From: Candidatus Adlerbacteria bacterium
GTDB taxonomy: Bacteria; Patescibacteriota; Minisyncoccia; Phycocordibacterales; SBAW01
Assembly: GCA_029288895.1 (NCBI GenBank)
Contig: JARIGK010000002.1
Coordinates: 94,986-158,985, forward strand
Length of the DNA stretch: 64,000 nucleotides
Direction of reading: 5' to 3'
The position numbers were made by a program, and so were the translations under genes. The notes below the pieces were generated by a model that had not been told where the DNA came from, did no database searches, and saw nothing but the letters and a program-made list of their open reading frames with translations. Within the stretch, counting starts at the first letter, position 1. Every line of letters starts with the position of its first letter. This document shows positions 19,209 to 29,119 of the stretch, piece by piece.

Positions 19209-20868
19209 ATTTTTTGGGCAAGTCCAAATGGACAAAGGCATCACTAAAGGTGGTGCCTACTTTTTTGCCTGGGTTGAAGATGTTGTGCGGGTCGAAGATT
19301 TTTTTAGTTTGGAGGAAGAGCGCATACATCTCGGGGCCGAACATTTTTTTGACGTACGGCGTGCGGATAAAGCCGTCGTTATGCTCCCCTGTTATCGAGC
19401 CATGGTAGGCAACGACCAAGTCATACACTTTGTGCGAAAGTTCATCAATCGTTTTTGCAGTTGTAGGGTCCTTGGGGTTTACCAAGGGGATGATATGGAA
19501 ATTGCCGTCGCCCACGTGCCCCGCGACCGTGTACATCATCGATTTTTCGTACGGTTTTAAAATCGCTTCAAGCTTTGGCAAAAACTCGGGCAGTGTTTTG
19601 GGCGGCACGACAAAGTCGTCGATAAACGGCGCCGTGCGTTTGCCGCGCACTTTTTTGCGCAGCAAGTTAAAGCTCTCGCGGCGAATGGTCCAGTATTTGC
19701 GGCTCGCTGCTTCATTTTCTGCCACGCGCGTACTGACCTTTGGGTTATTCTTCTTAATCTCTTCTGCCAACTCGTGTGCTTTTTTGTCCGCTTCTTCTTG
19801 CGTGTCGGCGCGGAACTCGATCATAAGCACCAGTTTTGGAATGCCGCCTGTAAGGAGCATCCATATCTCTGGCAAAAACGAAAGTCCGAGCGATATAATC
19901 CCGGCCTTCATCTGTGTGGCAAACTCAGGGAAATATTTTACGGCCAACTTAAAGGTATTGTCGTCGTATGATTCAAAACTATCAGGTTGTTTCTCTAATA
20001 CTTCTGGCACTATTTTGCCTAACTCTGAAAGCGAGTCTAAAAATGCAACAGTCATCGCCGAATACGGCTTTGGAGTCACTAGTGTAAATTTTATTTTGGT
20101 CGTGATACCAAGCGTCCCCTGCGCACCCACCATCAGCCGCGCTAAGTTGAGCGAATTTACGCCGTCGCCTATATCCCACAGTGCGTAACCCGACGAGTTT
20201 TTCTCCACCTTTGGTTTGTTCTTTTCTATTATTTCTTTATGCAGCGACACAAGGCGCGCCATGCCGCGATAGATGTTACCCTCAAAATCCTGCTGTCCCA
20301 ATTTTTGCTTCAGCGCCTCGCCTTCCACATTTTTGAGCGTATAGGCCTGCCCGTCAGCCAGGACAACTTCGAGCTCTTCGGCGTAGCGTGCAGTTTTGCC
20401 GTATTTGAGGTTCTTCTCGCCGCCCGAGTTATTGCCCACCATACCGCCCACAGTGTTTATCTCGCGCGACGCGGTATAGCTTGGTAATTCTAAATTCTTC
20501 TTTTTTGTTTCTTTGTCAAAATCGCGGAAGTACATACCCGGCTGCACAACAGCGTAGTCACTTCCAAGTTCCAAAAGCTTCGTAAAGTGCGCTGTCATAT
20601 CCACAATAATGGATGTGTTGAGCGGTCCGCCCGACATATCGGTACCGGCAGAGCGCGCCGTTAAGGAAATGATGCTGTCCGGGTTCTTTTCTTTTTCTTT
20701 GTTGGCATAGCGCACCAGCACGCCGATGTCTGTCGCATCTTTTGGGTGTACAACCGCTTGCGGTGTCACCGCAAACAAGCTCGCATCACGAGAAAATTTC
20801 TCTAACACCTGCGGCGCATCTTCCACTTCCCCGCGCACAAGTTTGCGCAGGTCACTGCCAATAGACAT
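19207..20868 (-). CDS. FAD-linked oxidoreductase (GlcD/D-lactate dehydrogenase-like)
   Basis: RSAGTDMSGG, TVGGMVGNNSGG, GHVGDGNFH, ITGEHNDG, IFNPGK. Confidence 0.92.
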   Translation of the reverse strand: MSIGSDLRKLVRGEVEDAPQVLEKFSRDASLFAVTPQAVVHPKDATDIGVLVRYANKEKEKNPDSIISLTARSAGTDMSGGPLNTSIIVDMTAHFTKLLELGSDYAVVQPGMYFRDFDKETKKKNLELPSYTASREINTVGGMVGNNSGGEKNLKYGKTARYAEELEVVLADGQAYTLKNVEGEALKQKLGQQDFEGNIYRGMARLVSLHKEIIEKNKPKVEKNSSGYALWDIGDGVNSLNLARLMVGAQGTLGITTKIKFTLVTPKPYSAMTVAFLDSLSELGKIVPEVLEKQPDSFESYDDNTFKLAVKYFPEFATQMKAGIISLGLSFLPEIWMLLTGGIPKLVLMIEFRADTQEEADKKAHELAEEIKKNNPKVSTRVAENEAASRKYWTIRRESFNLLRKKVRGKRTAPFIDDFVVPPKTLPEFLPKLEAILKPYEKSMMYTVAGHVGDGNFHIIPLVNPKDPTTAKTIDELSHKVYDLVVAYHGSITGEHNDGFIRTPYVKKMFGPEMYALFLQTKKIFDPHNIFNPGKKVGTTFSDAFVHLDLPKK

Positions 20869-20883
20869 GCCTCTAGTATATCG

Positions 20884-22332
20884 CTACTTCAGCACGTTCC
20901 AGATGTTTGGATCTTCAGAGCCGTCGAGTTTAAAGACTGCGACGCCGCGGACGCCAAGTCTCTTTGCCAATGCAACTTTGTCTGCAATTGCCTGCGCGTC
21001 GCTCCACCACACGATGTTAAACGGCGGCTGCATGGATGTTGCTAATGCCGACTGCGAGTACACATCAGACGGAGGTGCGTTCGTATTCCCGCCGCCCACA
21101 ACCGCACCCGGCGCGCTTGCCTGACTGGAAAGCGCCTGTGTTGCTGATGTTGATTTATACAGGAAGGAGAGTTCGCCTGCGCTATTGCGCGACGGCGTGA
21201 CACCAAGCAAGGACGCTAACTGCGTTGCGTATGCTGGGTTAAATGGCCACTGCACTTGGTACGAATAGCCCGAGCCATTTGGGGTCACAGCATACTCGTA
21301 GCCATAGGTTGGCACACCAATAAGTATCTTCTTTTTGTCGATGGTTTGTGCTGCCAAATTAACAACATTTTCAACCCATGCTGGGTCTGCCACTGGCGCG
21401 TACGGTGCTGCGCGCGCAGCATTAAGCAACGCATCGATGCGGCCCTGGTCGTAGGTCATAATCTCGACACGATCGCAGTATTTGTTTATTGCAACGTAGT
21501 CGTTGGCATACTCTGTTGCATCGTCAGGGGGCGTCACGTTGTAGCCATACCGCTCGGTAATTGGCATGCGTGCCTCGATCGAGCAGTACACCCATTTGTT
21601 ACCCATGCGCTGATAGAGCCCTTTCAAGAACGTAGAAAAATAATCTTTTGTTTCTGCATGTTTTGCTTCGAAATCGATATCGATGCCGTCGTAGTTATTA
21701 TCTTTAACGAGTTTTGCAATTGCATCCTCAAGCGCCACACGTTTCGTTGCGTCAGACAGCACGGCGTGTTCCGTATCGCCATTGCCCCACATGATTGTCG
21801 GAACAACGCGCACCTTCTGTGCCTTTGCTGCTGCGATAAATGACACCCATGGCTCCTGATTCATCCCCGCGGCATCGTTTAAGGTACCGTCGCTCTTCAT
21901 CGTGTACGTAAAGGGGTTGATTGTAGCCATCTGCGAGAGGTGCGGCTGCACATCCTGGGTACCTTCTGTCTCGTGCCAGTACGGGATCCACCCGCTGTAT
22001 TCGAGCGCACCTTTATACGAAGCAGTCACCGACGTGGGTGCCGCTGCGCCAAGCAAGGCCGCCTGCGTTGACGCACCCACAACACCATAGCTTGCGCCCG
22101 AGCATGCAATGCCGCTCGCGCACTGGAATTTCTTTACTGCGGCCAATGTCATTGAGCCAAACTTACCCGTATTGTTCCCTGCTGCTAAATATCCTTTTGC
22201 AATAAGTTGATTTTGGAGCGAAACAACATCACTGCCAGACATACCAGAGGTAAGCGTACGCGTTGCCGCATACACCGGAGAAACTACAAGAAAACCTAGG
22301 GCGACCAGTGCCCCGAGCAGGAACTTATTCAT
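20884..22332 (-). CDS. Exported GH18 glycosyl hydrolase with N-terminal peptidoglycan-binding domain
   Basis: GSDVVSLQNQL...TLAAVKKFQ binding domain; catalytic DGIDIDFE; MTYD. Confidence 0.88.
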   Translation of the reverse strand: MNKFLLGALVALGFLVVSPVYAATRTLTSGMSGSDVVSLQNQLIAKGYLAAGNNTGKFGSMTLAAVKKFQCASGIACSGASYGVVGASTQAALLGAAAPTSVTASYKGALEYSGWIPYWHETEGTQDVQPHLSQMATINPFTYTMKSDGTLNDAAGMNQEPWVSFIAAAKAQKVRVVPTIMWGNGDTEHAVLSDATKRVALEDAIAKLVKDNNYDGIDIDFEAKHAETKDYFSTFLKGLYQRMGNKWVYCSIEARMPITERYGYNVTPPDDATEYANDYVAINKYCDRVEIMTYDQGRIDALLNAARAAPYAPVADPAWVENVVNLAAQTIDKKKILIGVPTYGYEYAVTPNGSGYSYQVQWPFNPAYATQLASLLGVTPSRNSAGELSFLYKSTSATQALSSQASAPGAVVGGGNTNAPPSDVYSQSALATSMQPPFNIVWWSDAQAIADKVALAKRLGVRGVAVFKLDGSEDPNIWNVLK

Positions 22333-22367
22333 ATTTTTTATTTTAGCACAATTAGCGGCGGGGCTAT

Positions 22368-24149
22368 TTAGCGACGAGCCTTCGTGCGGTCGAGCTCTGT
22401 CAGCCCTTGTTTGCGTAGACGTACAGACAGTGGAGTTATTTCAAGATATTCGTCTTCCACCATCACTTCGAGGCCGCGCTCGATGGTGAGTTCATACGGC
22501 GGGATGAGGTTGATAGCTTCATCTGAGCCCGATGCACGCATGTTGGTGAGTTGTTTGCCCTTCGTTGGGTTAACAGTCATTTCTTCGCCCTTTGAGGTGT
22601 TGCCGATAACCATGCCTTCGTAGACTTCCGTAGCAGCTTTGATGTAGAGCACACCGCGGTCTTGCAAGTTCCACAGCGAGAAGCCGAGTGCTTTGCCTGA
22701 CGCCATCGAAATCATTGAACCTACGGCACGCTTCACAATTTCGCCTGCGTACGGGCGGAATTCGATAAAGCGCGACGAAAGGATGCCTTCGCCTTTGGTG
22801 TCCAAGACAAACTGCGAGCGATAGCCAAGAAGGCCGCGTGTTGGGCCTTCGAGTGTAAGGCGGACGCTGTCAGCGTGGTTTTTGATATCAGTCAAAATAA
22901 ATTTGCGGGTGCCGAGGCGTTCGATAATCGCACCCTGGTAGGTCGACGGTGTGTCGATAACAACTTCTTCAAACGGCTCATGTCGTTCGCCGTTAATTTC
23001 TTGGAAGATAACCTGTGGCTGCGAAACCTGGAGTTCGTACCCTTCGCGACGCATGTTTTCAAGCAAGATTGCGATGTGCAATTCGCCGCGACCCGATACT
23101 TTGTAGGCAACGTCGCTCGAAAAGTCGATCTTCAAACCGACGTTCACTTCGAGTTCGCGCTCCAAGCGCTCGCGGATCTGGCGGCCTGTCACAAACTTAC
23201 CTTCACGGCCAGCAAACGGAGAGTTGTTAACCAAAAAGTTAAGCGTGATGGTAGGCTCGTCGATTGCGATGACAGGAAGAAGCTCTGCATCAGGAGAATC
23301 TGCGACCGTTTCGCCGATAAAGATGTCAGTGAGGCCTGCAATAAGTGCGATGTCGCCTGCGCCAACTTCTGCTGTCTCCTCTTTCTGAAGTCCTCGGAAG
23401 GTGAACATCTTAATGACCTTGCCTTGGCGGACTTCGCCGTTTGGCTTCTTTATAAAAACGTTTTGGCCAGTCTTAATGGTGCCTTCGTAGACACGTGCAA
23501 CAGCCAAGCGGCCAAGGAAGTTGTCGTAGCCGAGGTTAAACGGCTGCAAGCGGAGCGGTTTGTCGGCCAAGCCAGTACCCGCAGCAGGGACTTTCTCCAA
23601 GATCATGTCTAAAAGCGGCGTAAGATCTTTCGAATCATCTGTCAGATTCTTTTTTGCGATGCCTTGGCGGCCAATGGCATACATCACGGGGAAGTTTGCT
23701 TGTTCGTCCGAGGCACCAAGCTCCAAGAAGAGTTCGAGCACCTGTTCTTCTGCGCGTGCAGGGTCGGCAGCTGGTTTGTCGATTTTGTTGATGATGACGA
23801 TTGGCTTGAGACCTAACTCAAGAGATTTCTTGAGCACGAAGCGGGTCTGCGGCATCGGGCCCTCCTGGGCGTCGACGACGAGGAGCACGGAATCGATGGA
23901 ACGGAGTACGCGCTCCACTTCCGAACCGAAGTCGGCGTGGCCTGGCGTGTCGACGATGTTGATTTTGACGCCCTTGTAGAAAATAGCAGCGGGCTTGGAG
24001 TAAATGGTGATACCGCGCTCGCGCTCCAAATCGTTAGAGTCCATCGAGACACCCTCTTCTGCCACGCCCGTCTGGCGCATCAACGCATCGGTCAAGGTTG
24101 TCTTGCCGTGGTCAACGTGCGCAATAATTGCAATATTCCGAATTTCCAT
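22368..24149 (-). CDS. typA: Translational GTPase TypA/BipA
   Basis: [50 protein letters not shown]. Confidence 0.98.
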   Translation of the reverse strand: MEIRNIAIIAHVDHGKTTLTDALMRQTGVAEEGVSMDSNDLERERGITIYSKPAAIFYKGVKINIVDTPGHADFGSEVERVLRSIDSVLLVVDAQEGPMPQTRFVLKKSLELGLKPIVIINKIDKPAADPARAEEQVLELFLELGASDEQANFPVMYAIGRQGIAKKNLTDDSKDLTPLLDMILEKVPAAGTGLADKPLRLQPFNLGYDNFLGRLAVARVYEGTIKTGQNVFIKKPNGEVRQGKVIKMFTFRGLQKEETAEVGAGDIALIAGLTDIFIGETVADSPDAELLPVIAIDEPTITLNFLVNNSPFAGREGKFVTGRQIRERLERELEVNVGLKIDFSSDVAYKVSGRGELHIAILLENMRREGYELQVSQPQVIFQEINGERHEPFEEVVIDTPSTYQGAIIERLGTRKFILTDIKNHADSVRLTLEGPTRGLLGYRSQFVLDTKGEGILSSRFIEFRPYAGEIVKRAVGSMISMASGKALGFSLWNLQDRGVLYIKAATEVYEGMVIGNTSKGEEMTVNPTKGKQLTNMRASGSDEAINLIPPYELTIERGLEVMVEDEYLEITPLSVRLRKQGLTELDRTKARR

Positions 24150-24223
24150 ACTCGTTAATTAAAAAAGCGGACGGACCCCGCGTTTGTTGTTACTATACCA
24201 GAAAAAATTGAAAAGAAAAAGGG

Positions 24224-24517
24224 CTACTGGATCATCCCTTTAACCTGCTCGGCGATCATTTTTTCGATGCGGCCTTCGAACATGCGGAGCATAAGCGGGA
24301 GCTTAGCGTCGACGATAAATTTCCTTTCTTCAACAACGACAGTGCCGGTGATGTGCTGCTTTTGCGCAGTAAAGGCGAAGTGGAGCGTGTTGCCCTCCCA
24401 CTCTTCTTTATCGATAACGAGCTGGTCGCCCGCCTGTTTCTTGCCTTGCTCCAAGGCATTCTTTACACGGCTTACTGCTTCTACTGTTCCAAATTTGTGC
24501 GGTATATCGAAATGCAT
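24224..24517 (-). CDS. PHA_gran_rgn-like small protein
   Basis: IPHKFG...WEGNTLHF...AKLPLML pattern. Confidence 0.7.
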   Translation of the reverse strand: MHFDIPHKFGTVEAVSRVKNALEQGKKQAGDQLVIDKEEWEGNTLHFAFTAQKQHITGTVVVEERKFIVDAKLPLMLRMFEGRIEKMIAEQVKGMIQ

Positions 24518-24540
24518 AGAAAGTAAGTATACATAATTTT

Positions 24541-24576
24541 AAAAAGAAAACGCCGCCAATCTCGAAAGACGGCGGC
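24541..24576 (-). terminator. Intrinsic terminator downstream of the 23S-like RNA
   Basis: Minus strand reads GCCGCCGTCTTTCGAGATTGGCGGCG followed by TTTTCTTTTT. Confidence 0.8.
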
Positions 24577-24586
24577 AGAATGAGGT

Positions 24587-24866
24587 GAGGAACTCGGTTT
24601 AGGCTTGGAAGCAATCGCTCCCGGGTACATACATGCATCCAATAGGAACTTGGTTACACCTAACGGCTTAGCCTGTTTCTCCCGTGTTCTTCGTGAGCTA
24701 TGACCACTCACGAATACTCAAGTCCGTTTCGATCCTGTCCTGTACGGGACTATCACCTTCTATGGTGCTTCTTCGCAGAAAGCTTCTAGTTTAGGATTTT
24801 GACGGCTAGCTGGCCTGGTCCGGCAATTTCTTACCGGAATCTCTGTTGATTTATTCCTTGTTCCTC
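24587..24866 (-). ncRNA. Stand-alone structured RNA resembling 23S rRNA domain I
   Basis: Collinear LSU domain I motifs AAATCAACAGAGATTCC, CCATAGAAGGTGATAGTCCCGTAC, TGAGTA and TCCAAGCCTAAA. Ends pair (GAGGAAC/GTTCCTC); promoter and terminator flank it. Confidence 0.8.
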
Positions 24867-24874
24867 TAAATATA

Positions 24875-24902
24875 ATCGTACACCTACAGATAGTTTGTGC
24901 AA
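24875..24902 (-). promoter_or_regulatory. Putative sigma70 promoter for the 23S-like RNA
   Basis: TTGCAC-N16-TACGAT ending 8 nt before the terminal helix. Confidence 0.55.
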
Positions 24903-24908
24903 GTGGTT

Positions 24909-26366
24909 TTATTTTTCGAGGTCTAATACTTCATCAATACGGATCTTTTCGACGAAGTCGGGTACGTGGCTCACCAAAATCATCGCGCCTTCGTATTTGT
25001 TGAGTGCTTCTGCAATAACAGGAATGTGGCGGAAGTTAATATGGTTGGTCGGCTCGTCCAAAATGAGCAACCCTGGGCGCAATAATACCAAACGTGCAAA
25101 TGCGACGAGGCCCTTCTGCCCTTCTGAAAGGTTGCCGATTTTTGTATTGATGAGCTCGCCAGTTATTAGGAAACCAGCTGCGGTGCGGCGCAAATCTTCG
25201 TCGATCAATTTTTCCATCACGGCACCCAACTCTTCGTACACTGTTTTGTCGAAATCGAGGTTAGAGAAATCTTGGCGGTAGTAGCCCACGCGCACGCCCT
25301 CCATCACCTGCGCACCTTTTGATGTGCCGTTGACGATGCTTTCAAGCAAGGTGCTTTTGCCGATGCCGTTGGGGCCGCGTAAAAAGAGATGGTTATTTTT
25401 CTTAAGCTTGAGCTCTGCTGTGCGCTTTGTGGCCTTGCCATTCTTAATAGTCTGGAAGCTCGAAATAGTGAGCAGGTCGCCAATAAGTTCTGGCTGCGAT
25501 GGAATAACAAACGAGCGGATCACTCTGTCTTCTTTGCGAACATCGACGATGTCTTCTTCCAACTCTTCGGCCTTTTCGCGCATGCGCTTTGCAACCATAC
25601 GCATCTGGCCGCCCTTGTTAGCAAAGAAGTTTGCTTTGTCTTTGTTTGCCTGGATTTCTTTTGCCAAAAGCGCGTTGGCGCGGTTTTCTTTCTCGATGCG
25701 GGCAGCAATGTCTTGCACCACGTTTTTGTAGGTGCCAACGTACTGCTCAACCTTATGTGTATGCACGTCCAAGTAAAGGACGCCTTGGGTAAATGAGTTC
25801 AAGAACTCTGCATCGTGCGAAATAACGATGACGGTCTTCTTATATTCTTGCAAAAATTTAGTGAGATGTTCGATGCCAGCCTTATCGAGGTTGTTGGTCG
25901 GCTCGTCCAAGAGCAACAGGTCGGGGTTTTGGATAATTGCCGATGCCAACAAAAGACGTGCCTGCTGCCCGCCTGAAAATGAACGGACGATTTTGTCGTG
26001 GTCGGCAACAAGGTTTACAACCGCAAGCACTTTGTCGATGCGCGGGTCGATGTCGTAGATCTTTTCTTTAAAGACATTCTGGAAAAAATCACGCACCGTG
26101 AGGTCGAGTTGGTCGCGCGGGATAACCTGGCGCGCTGTTGCCACCGTCATACCCTCTTCTATATGTATCTCGCCGTTGTCCGGTTCGAGCACATGCTCGC
26201 CTGTGAGCAATTTAAACAATGTTGTCTTGCCTGCGCCGTTCTGACCCATGAGCGTGATCTTGGCGCCACGGCGCACGTTGAACGACACCTCATCCAAGGT
26301 TCTCTTCTTCGGGCCGTGTTCGAACGTCACGTCCTCAAAGCGCACTATGGTGTCGCCCTTAGCCAT
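24909..26366 (-). CDS. ABC-F family ribosome-associated ATPase
   Basis: Two ABC domains (GQNGAGKTT, FSGGQ, LDEPTNNLD; GPNGIGKST, LSEGQ, LDEPTNH) and no TM segments. Confidence 0.93.
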   Translation of the reverse strand: MAKGDTIVRFEDVTFEHGPKKRTLDEVSFNVRRGAKITLMGQNGAGKTTLFKLLTGEHVLEPDNGEIHIEEGMTVATARQVIPRDQLDLTVRDFFQNVFKEKIYDIDPRIDKVLAVVNLVADHDKIVRSFSGGQQARLLLASAIIQNPDLLLLDEPTNNLDKAGIEHLTKFLQEYKKTVIVISHDAEFLNSFTQGVLYLDVHTHKVEQYVGTYKNVVQDIAARIEKENRANALLAKEIQANKDKANFFANKGGQMRMVAKRMREKAEELEEDIVDVRKEDRVIRSFVIPSQPELIGDLLTISSFQTIKNGKATKRTAELKLKKNNHLFLRGPNGIGKSTLLESIVNGTSKGAQVMEGVRVGYYRQDFSNLDFDKTVYEELGAVMEKLIDEDLRRTAAGFLITGELINTKIGNLSEGQKGLVAFARLVLLRPGLLILDEPTNHINFRHIPVIAEALNKYEGAMILVSHVPDFVEKIRIDEVLDLEK

Positions 26367-26370
26367 CGCT

Positions 26371-27033
26371 CTACCGTATCGTATTTTTGGCTTTTTTGGA
26401 AGCTAATTTCTTTGGTTGCGCTTTTGCTACCTTCGCACCATCGGCGGCGCGCCAGAGGTACCACGAGGCGACAGAGGCATGTTCGCGCCAATCTTTAGCA
26501 AGTTTTTCCATCTGTGTAGGAGTTGGAAGTTTTTTTAAATTGAAAACTGCTTGGAAGCCTTTTTGAATGCCTAAGTCCCCCGTTGGCAAAATGTCCAAGC
26601 GCTCAAGGGTGAAGATCAAGAACATATGTGCGGTCCACACGCCAATGCCTTTTACACGCGTGACATGCTCGATGATTTCATCGTTCGTCATTTTTTTGAA
26701 CTTCTTTGGCTCGATGGTGCCGTCGACAAATTTCTCACTTAAGTCTTTTATATATGATGCTTTTTGCATCGAAAGGCCCGCGCTGCGGAGTTTGTCCATG
26801 GGCATAGCCAAAACTTCTTCGGGTGTTGGAAATCGCTTCGCGGAAAATAGCGCTTCGAACTTTGCCAAAATGCTTGCTGCTGCTTTGCCCGTTACCTGCT
26901 GGTAGATGATAGAACGCACCAGCGACTGGAACGGCTTCATGCCGCGGTTTAATTGCGGCGCGCCGTGCTGCTTAATAAGCGCAGCAAAGCGTTTGTCTTT
27001 TTTTAAGACTTTGAGGGATGCTTCGTGTGCCAT
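26371..27033 (-). CDS. DNA-3-methyladenine glycosylase II (AlkA/HhH-GPD family)
   Basis: IIYQQVTGKAA, VKGIGVWTAHMFLIF, LPTGDLG; start ATG 27033. Confidence 0.92.
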   Translation of the reverse strand: MAHEASLKVLKKDKRFAALIKQHGAPQLNRGMKPFQSLVRSIIYQQVTGKAAASILAKFEALFSAKRFPTPEEVLAMPMDKLRSAGLSMQKASYIKDLSEKFVDGTIEPKKFKKMTNDEIIEHVTRVKGIGVWTAHMFLIFTLERLDILPTGDLGIQKGFQAVFNLKKLPTPTQMEKLAKDWREHASVASWYLWRAADGAKVAKAQPKKLASKKAKNTIR

Positions 27034-27734
27034 GCAAAGAGAGTAACGGCTGCAGCGGCAGCAACATTCAATGATTCTGCTTTTTCTTCGATCGGGATAG
27101 AGAGGAGCGTGTCGCACAAGTCGGCTGTGCTTTTTGGTAAACCCTTCGACTCGTTGCCCATGATAAACAATGCGCGTTCGTTAAACTGCTCGTCTGCAAC
27201 GGACGTTTTACCCTCACCTGCCAGACCGTACACTTTGTACCCTTCTTTCTTCAGGTCAGAAATAGTTTTTTGTAGGTTGGAGATTGAAACAAGCGGCATC
27301 GAAAATGCCATCCCTGCCGATGCTTTAATGACAGCGCCTGTGACAGGCGCTTGCTTTGCCTGCGGCATCAGCACTGCTTCTGCACCAAACGCAGCCGCCG
27401 AGCGGATGATAGTGCCCACGTTGTGCGGATCCTGGATCTCGTGCAACAACACCACTGCTTTGCCTTGCGGCTTCCATTTTTCGTACGGTGTAACAAGTTC
27501 AAAAAGCGAGACAAGTGCAATAGCACCCTGATGCGGCGCATTACCCTCGACCCACGATGTTGCTTTGCGCTCATCGAGCAGCTCGACGTCGACCCCTACC
27601 TGTTTTGCAAGTTTGCGGAGCTTGTCGTCCTGCATCTGCTTTGCAAAATACACTTTTCGTATTGCCAAAGGCGCATTCGTCAACGCTTCGCGTACTGCAT
27701 GCCGACCGTATATATAAATTTTGTTTTGCTTCAT
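27003..27734 (-). CDS. TrmH/SpoU-family RNA methyltransferase (RlmB-like)
   Basis: YGRHAVREAL, HQG, QDPHNVGTIIRSA, MGNESKG, ESLNV. Confidence 0.92.
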   Translation of the reverse strand: MKQNKIYIYGRHAVREALTNAPLAIRKVYFAKQMQDDKLRKLAKQVGVDVELLDERKATSWVEGNAPHQGAIALVSLFELVTPYEKWKPQGKAVVLLHEIQDPHNVGTIIRSAAAFGAEAVLMPQAKQAPVTGAVIKASAGMAFSMPLVSISNLQKTISDLKKEGYKVYGLAGEGKTSVADEQFNERALFIMGNESKGLPKSTADLCDTLLSIPIEEKAESLNVAAAAAVTLFAWHTKHPSKS

Positions 27735-28447
27735 AGTGATGGAATTGTTTCTTTCAATCTGTCGAACCACAACCCGTACCCTGCCCCCGACGGATGGAAC
27801 CCGTCTGCTGCCAAGTAGGTCTCTGGGTGGGCTGTGAATGGGTCTTCCCCAGGTGGCGTATAGAGATTTACATAGACCGCACGCTCCTGCTTTGCCACTG
27901 TGCCAAATGCTTCGTGATACTGCAAGTTAAGCCGCGTGTAGAACGGACGAACAAAGGGCGGGAAATTTGTTGTCGCGCCCACATTTCCTGCCGACATAAG
28001 TATCACCTGCGTGCTTCGGGACACGGCTTTTGCAAGCAGCGGGGCGAGCGCATCTGCTGTTTTCTGCGCATCATGGAAGTGCGTAATATCATTGCCCCCA
28101 ATTTGTATGAGTATCGTGTCGTACCGCTCGAGCGACGCCTGAGCAAATTGCATCGGCAGGTCGGCCACGACAGCGCCTGACACTGCCCTATTTTCGACAT
28201 AGGTTGCATCGAGAGTCTTCGCAAGTCGCCCTGCGACAGAGTCTTCTGCTTTTTCTGCACCGACTCCTACACCCGTACTGTCACCAAGCACAAGTAGTGT
28301 CTTGGAATAGTCTGTCGAGAGTTTTTGATACGGAACTGTTTCATTAACCAGCTTCAGAGATATCTGGTATTTGTAGAAAAAGATGCATGCCCAATACACC
28401 AGCAGCGCTCCACACACAACTGCCAGCATCAGGAAAAACAACTTCAC
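27731..28447 (-). CDS. SGNH/GDSL hydrolase
   Basis: LGDSTG, GGND and DGFHP motifs. Confidence 0.92.
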   Translation of the reverse strand: MKLFFLMLAVVCGALLVYWACIFFYKYQISLKLVNETVPYQKLSTDYSKTLLVLGDSTGVGVGAEKAEDSVAGRLAKTLDATYVENRAVSGAVVADLPMQFAQASLERYDTILIQIGGNDITHFHDAQKTADALAPLLAKAVSRSTQVILMSAGNVGATTNFPPFVRPFYTRLNLQYHEAFGTVAKQERAVYVNLYTPPGEDPFTAHPETYLAADGFHPSGAGYGLWFDRLKETIPSL

Positions 28448-28452
28448 AATAG

Positions 28453-29106
28453 TTACTGCGTCACACTGACGCTCGTGATGGTGATCGGCTGGAGCGGGCG
28501 GTCGCTTGAATCAGTTTGCACTTTGTTGATTGCCTCAACGACATCCATGCCAGAAATTACTTTGCCAAAGACGGTGTACTTGCCGTCCAAGAAGTGATTG
28601 TCGACTGCGTTGATAAAGAATTGGCTGCCTGCAGAATTTGGCTGGCCAGTGTTTGCCATAGCAATAGTGCCTTTGACGTTGGTTGCCGTCGAAGAGATTT
28701 CGTCTTCGATGGTGTAGCCCGGGCCGCCAGTGCCCCAGCGTGCCTGCATAGAATCATCCTTTGTAAGCGGGTCGCCGGCCTGGTCCATAAAGCCCGCGAT
28801 AACGCGGTGGAATTTTACGCCATTATAAAAACCCGACTCTGCGAGCTTGGTAAAGTTTGCCACCGTGTTTGGCGCGATGGTTGCAAGCATTTGGATGGAA
28901 ATGTCGCCCTTTGTTGTGTGCAATGTAACTGTCATAGGTTGATTACGGATTGGGTTAGTAGATGGTGTCGTGGTTGCGGGCGTTTGTACGGTGCTTGTTG
29001 CTTGGGCTTCGGCAGGTGTTTGCACTGGCGTTTTGCCAGAGAGAAACCAAAACCCGCCAACCAAAATAATAATGAGCGCTGCTGCTCCAGCTATCAATTT
29101 CCACAT
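28453..29106 (-). CDS. Membrane-anchored cyclophilin-type peptidyl-prolyl isomerase
   Basis: FHRVIAGFM, GGPGY, AMAN, GSQFFI, YTVFGKV; start ATG 29106. Confidence 0.95.
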   Translation of the reverse strand: MWKLIAGAAALIIILVGGFWFLSGKTPVQTPAEAQATSTVQTPATTTPSTNPIRNQPMTVTLHTTKGDISIQMLATIAPNTVANFTKLAESGFYNGVKFHRVIAGFMDQAGDPLTKDDSMQARWGTGGPGYTIEDEISSTATNVKGTIAMANTGQPNSAGSQFFINAVDNHFLDGKYTVFGKVISGMDVVEAINKVQTDSSDRPLQPITITSVSVTQ

Positions 29107-29119
29107 ACAGAAAAGTATA

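Noticed and set aside
24587-24866. RNase P RNA, tmRNA or a true rRNA gene
   Set aside because: GAGGAA is present but not GAGGAAAGTCC or a matching P4 3' strand. There are no tRNA-like ends. It is far too short for 23S and has lost the H13 core.
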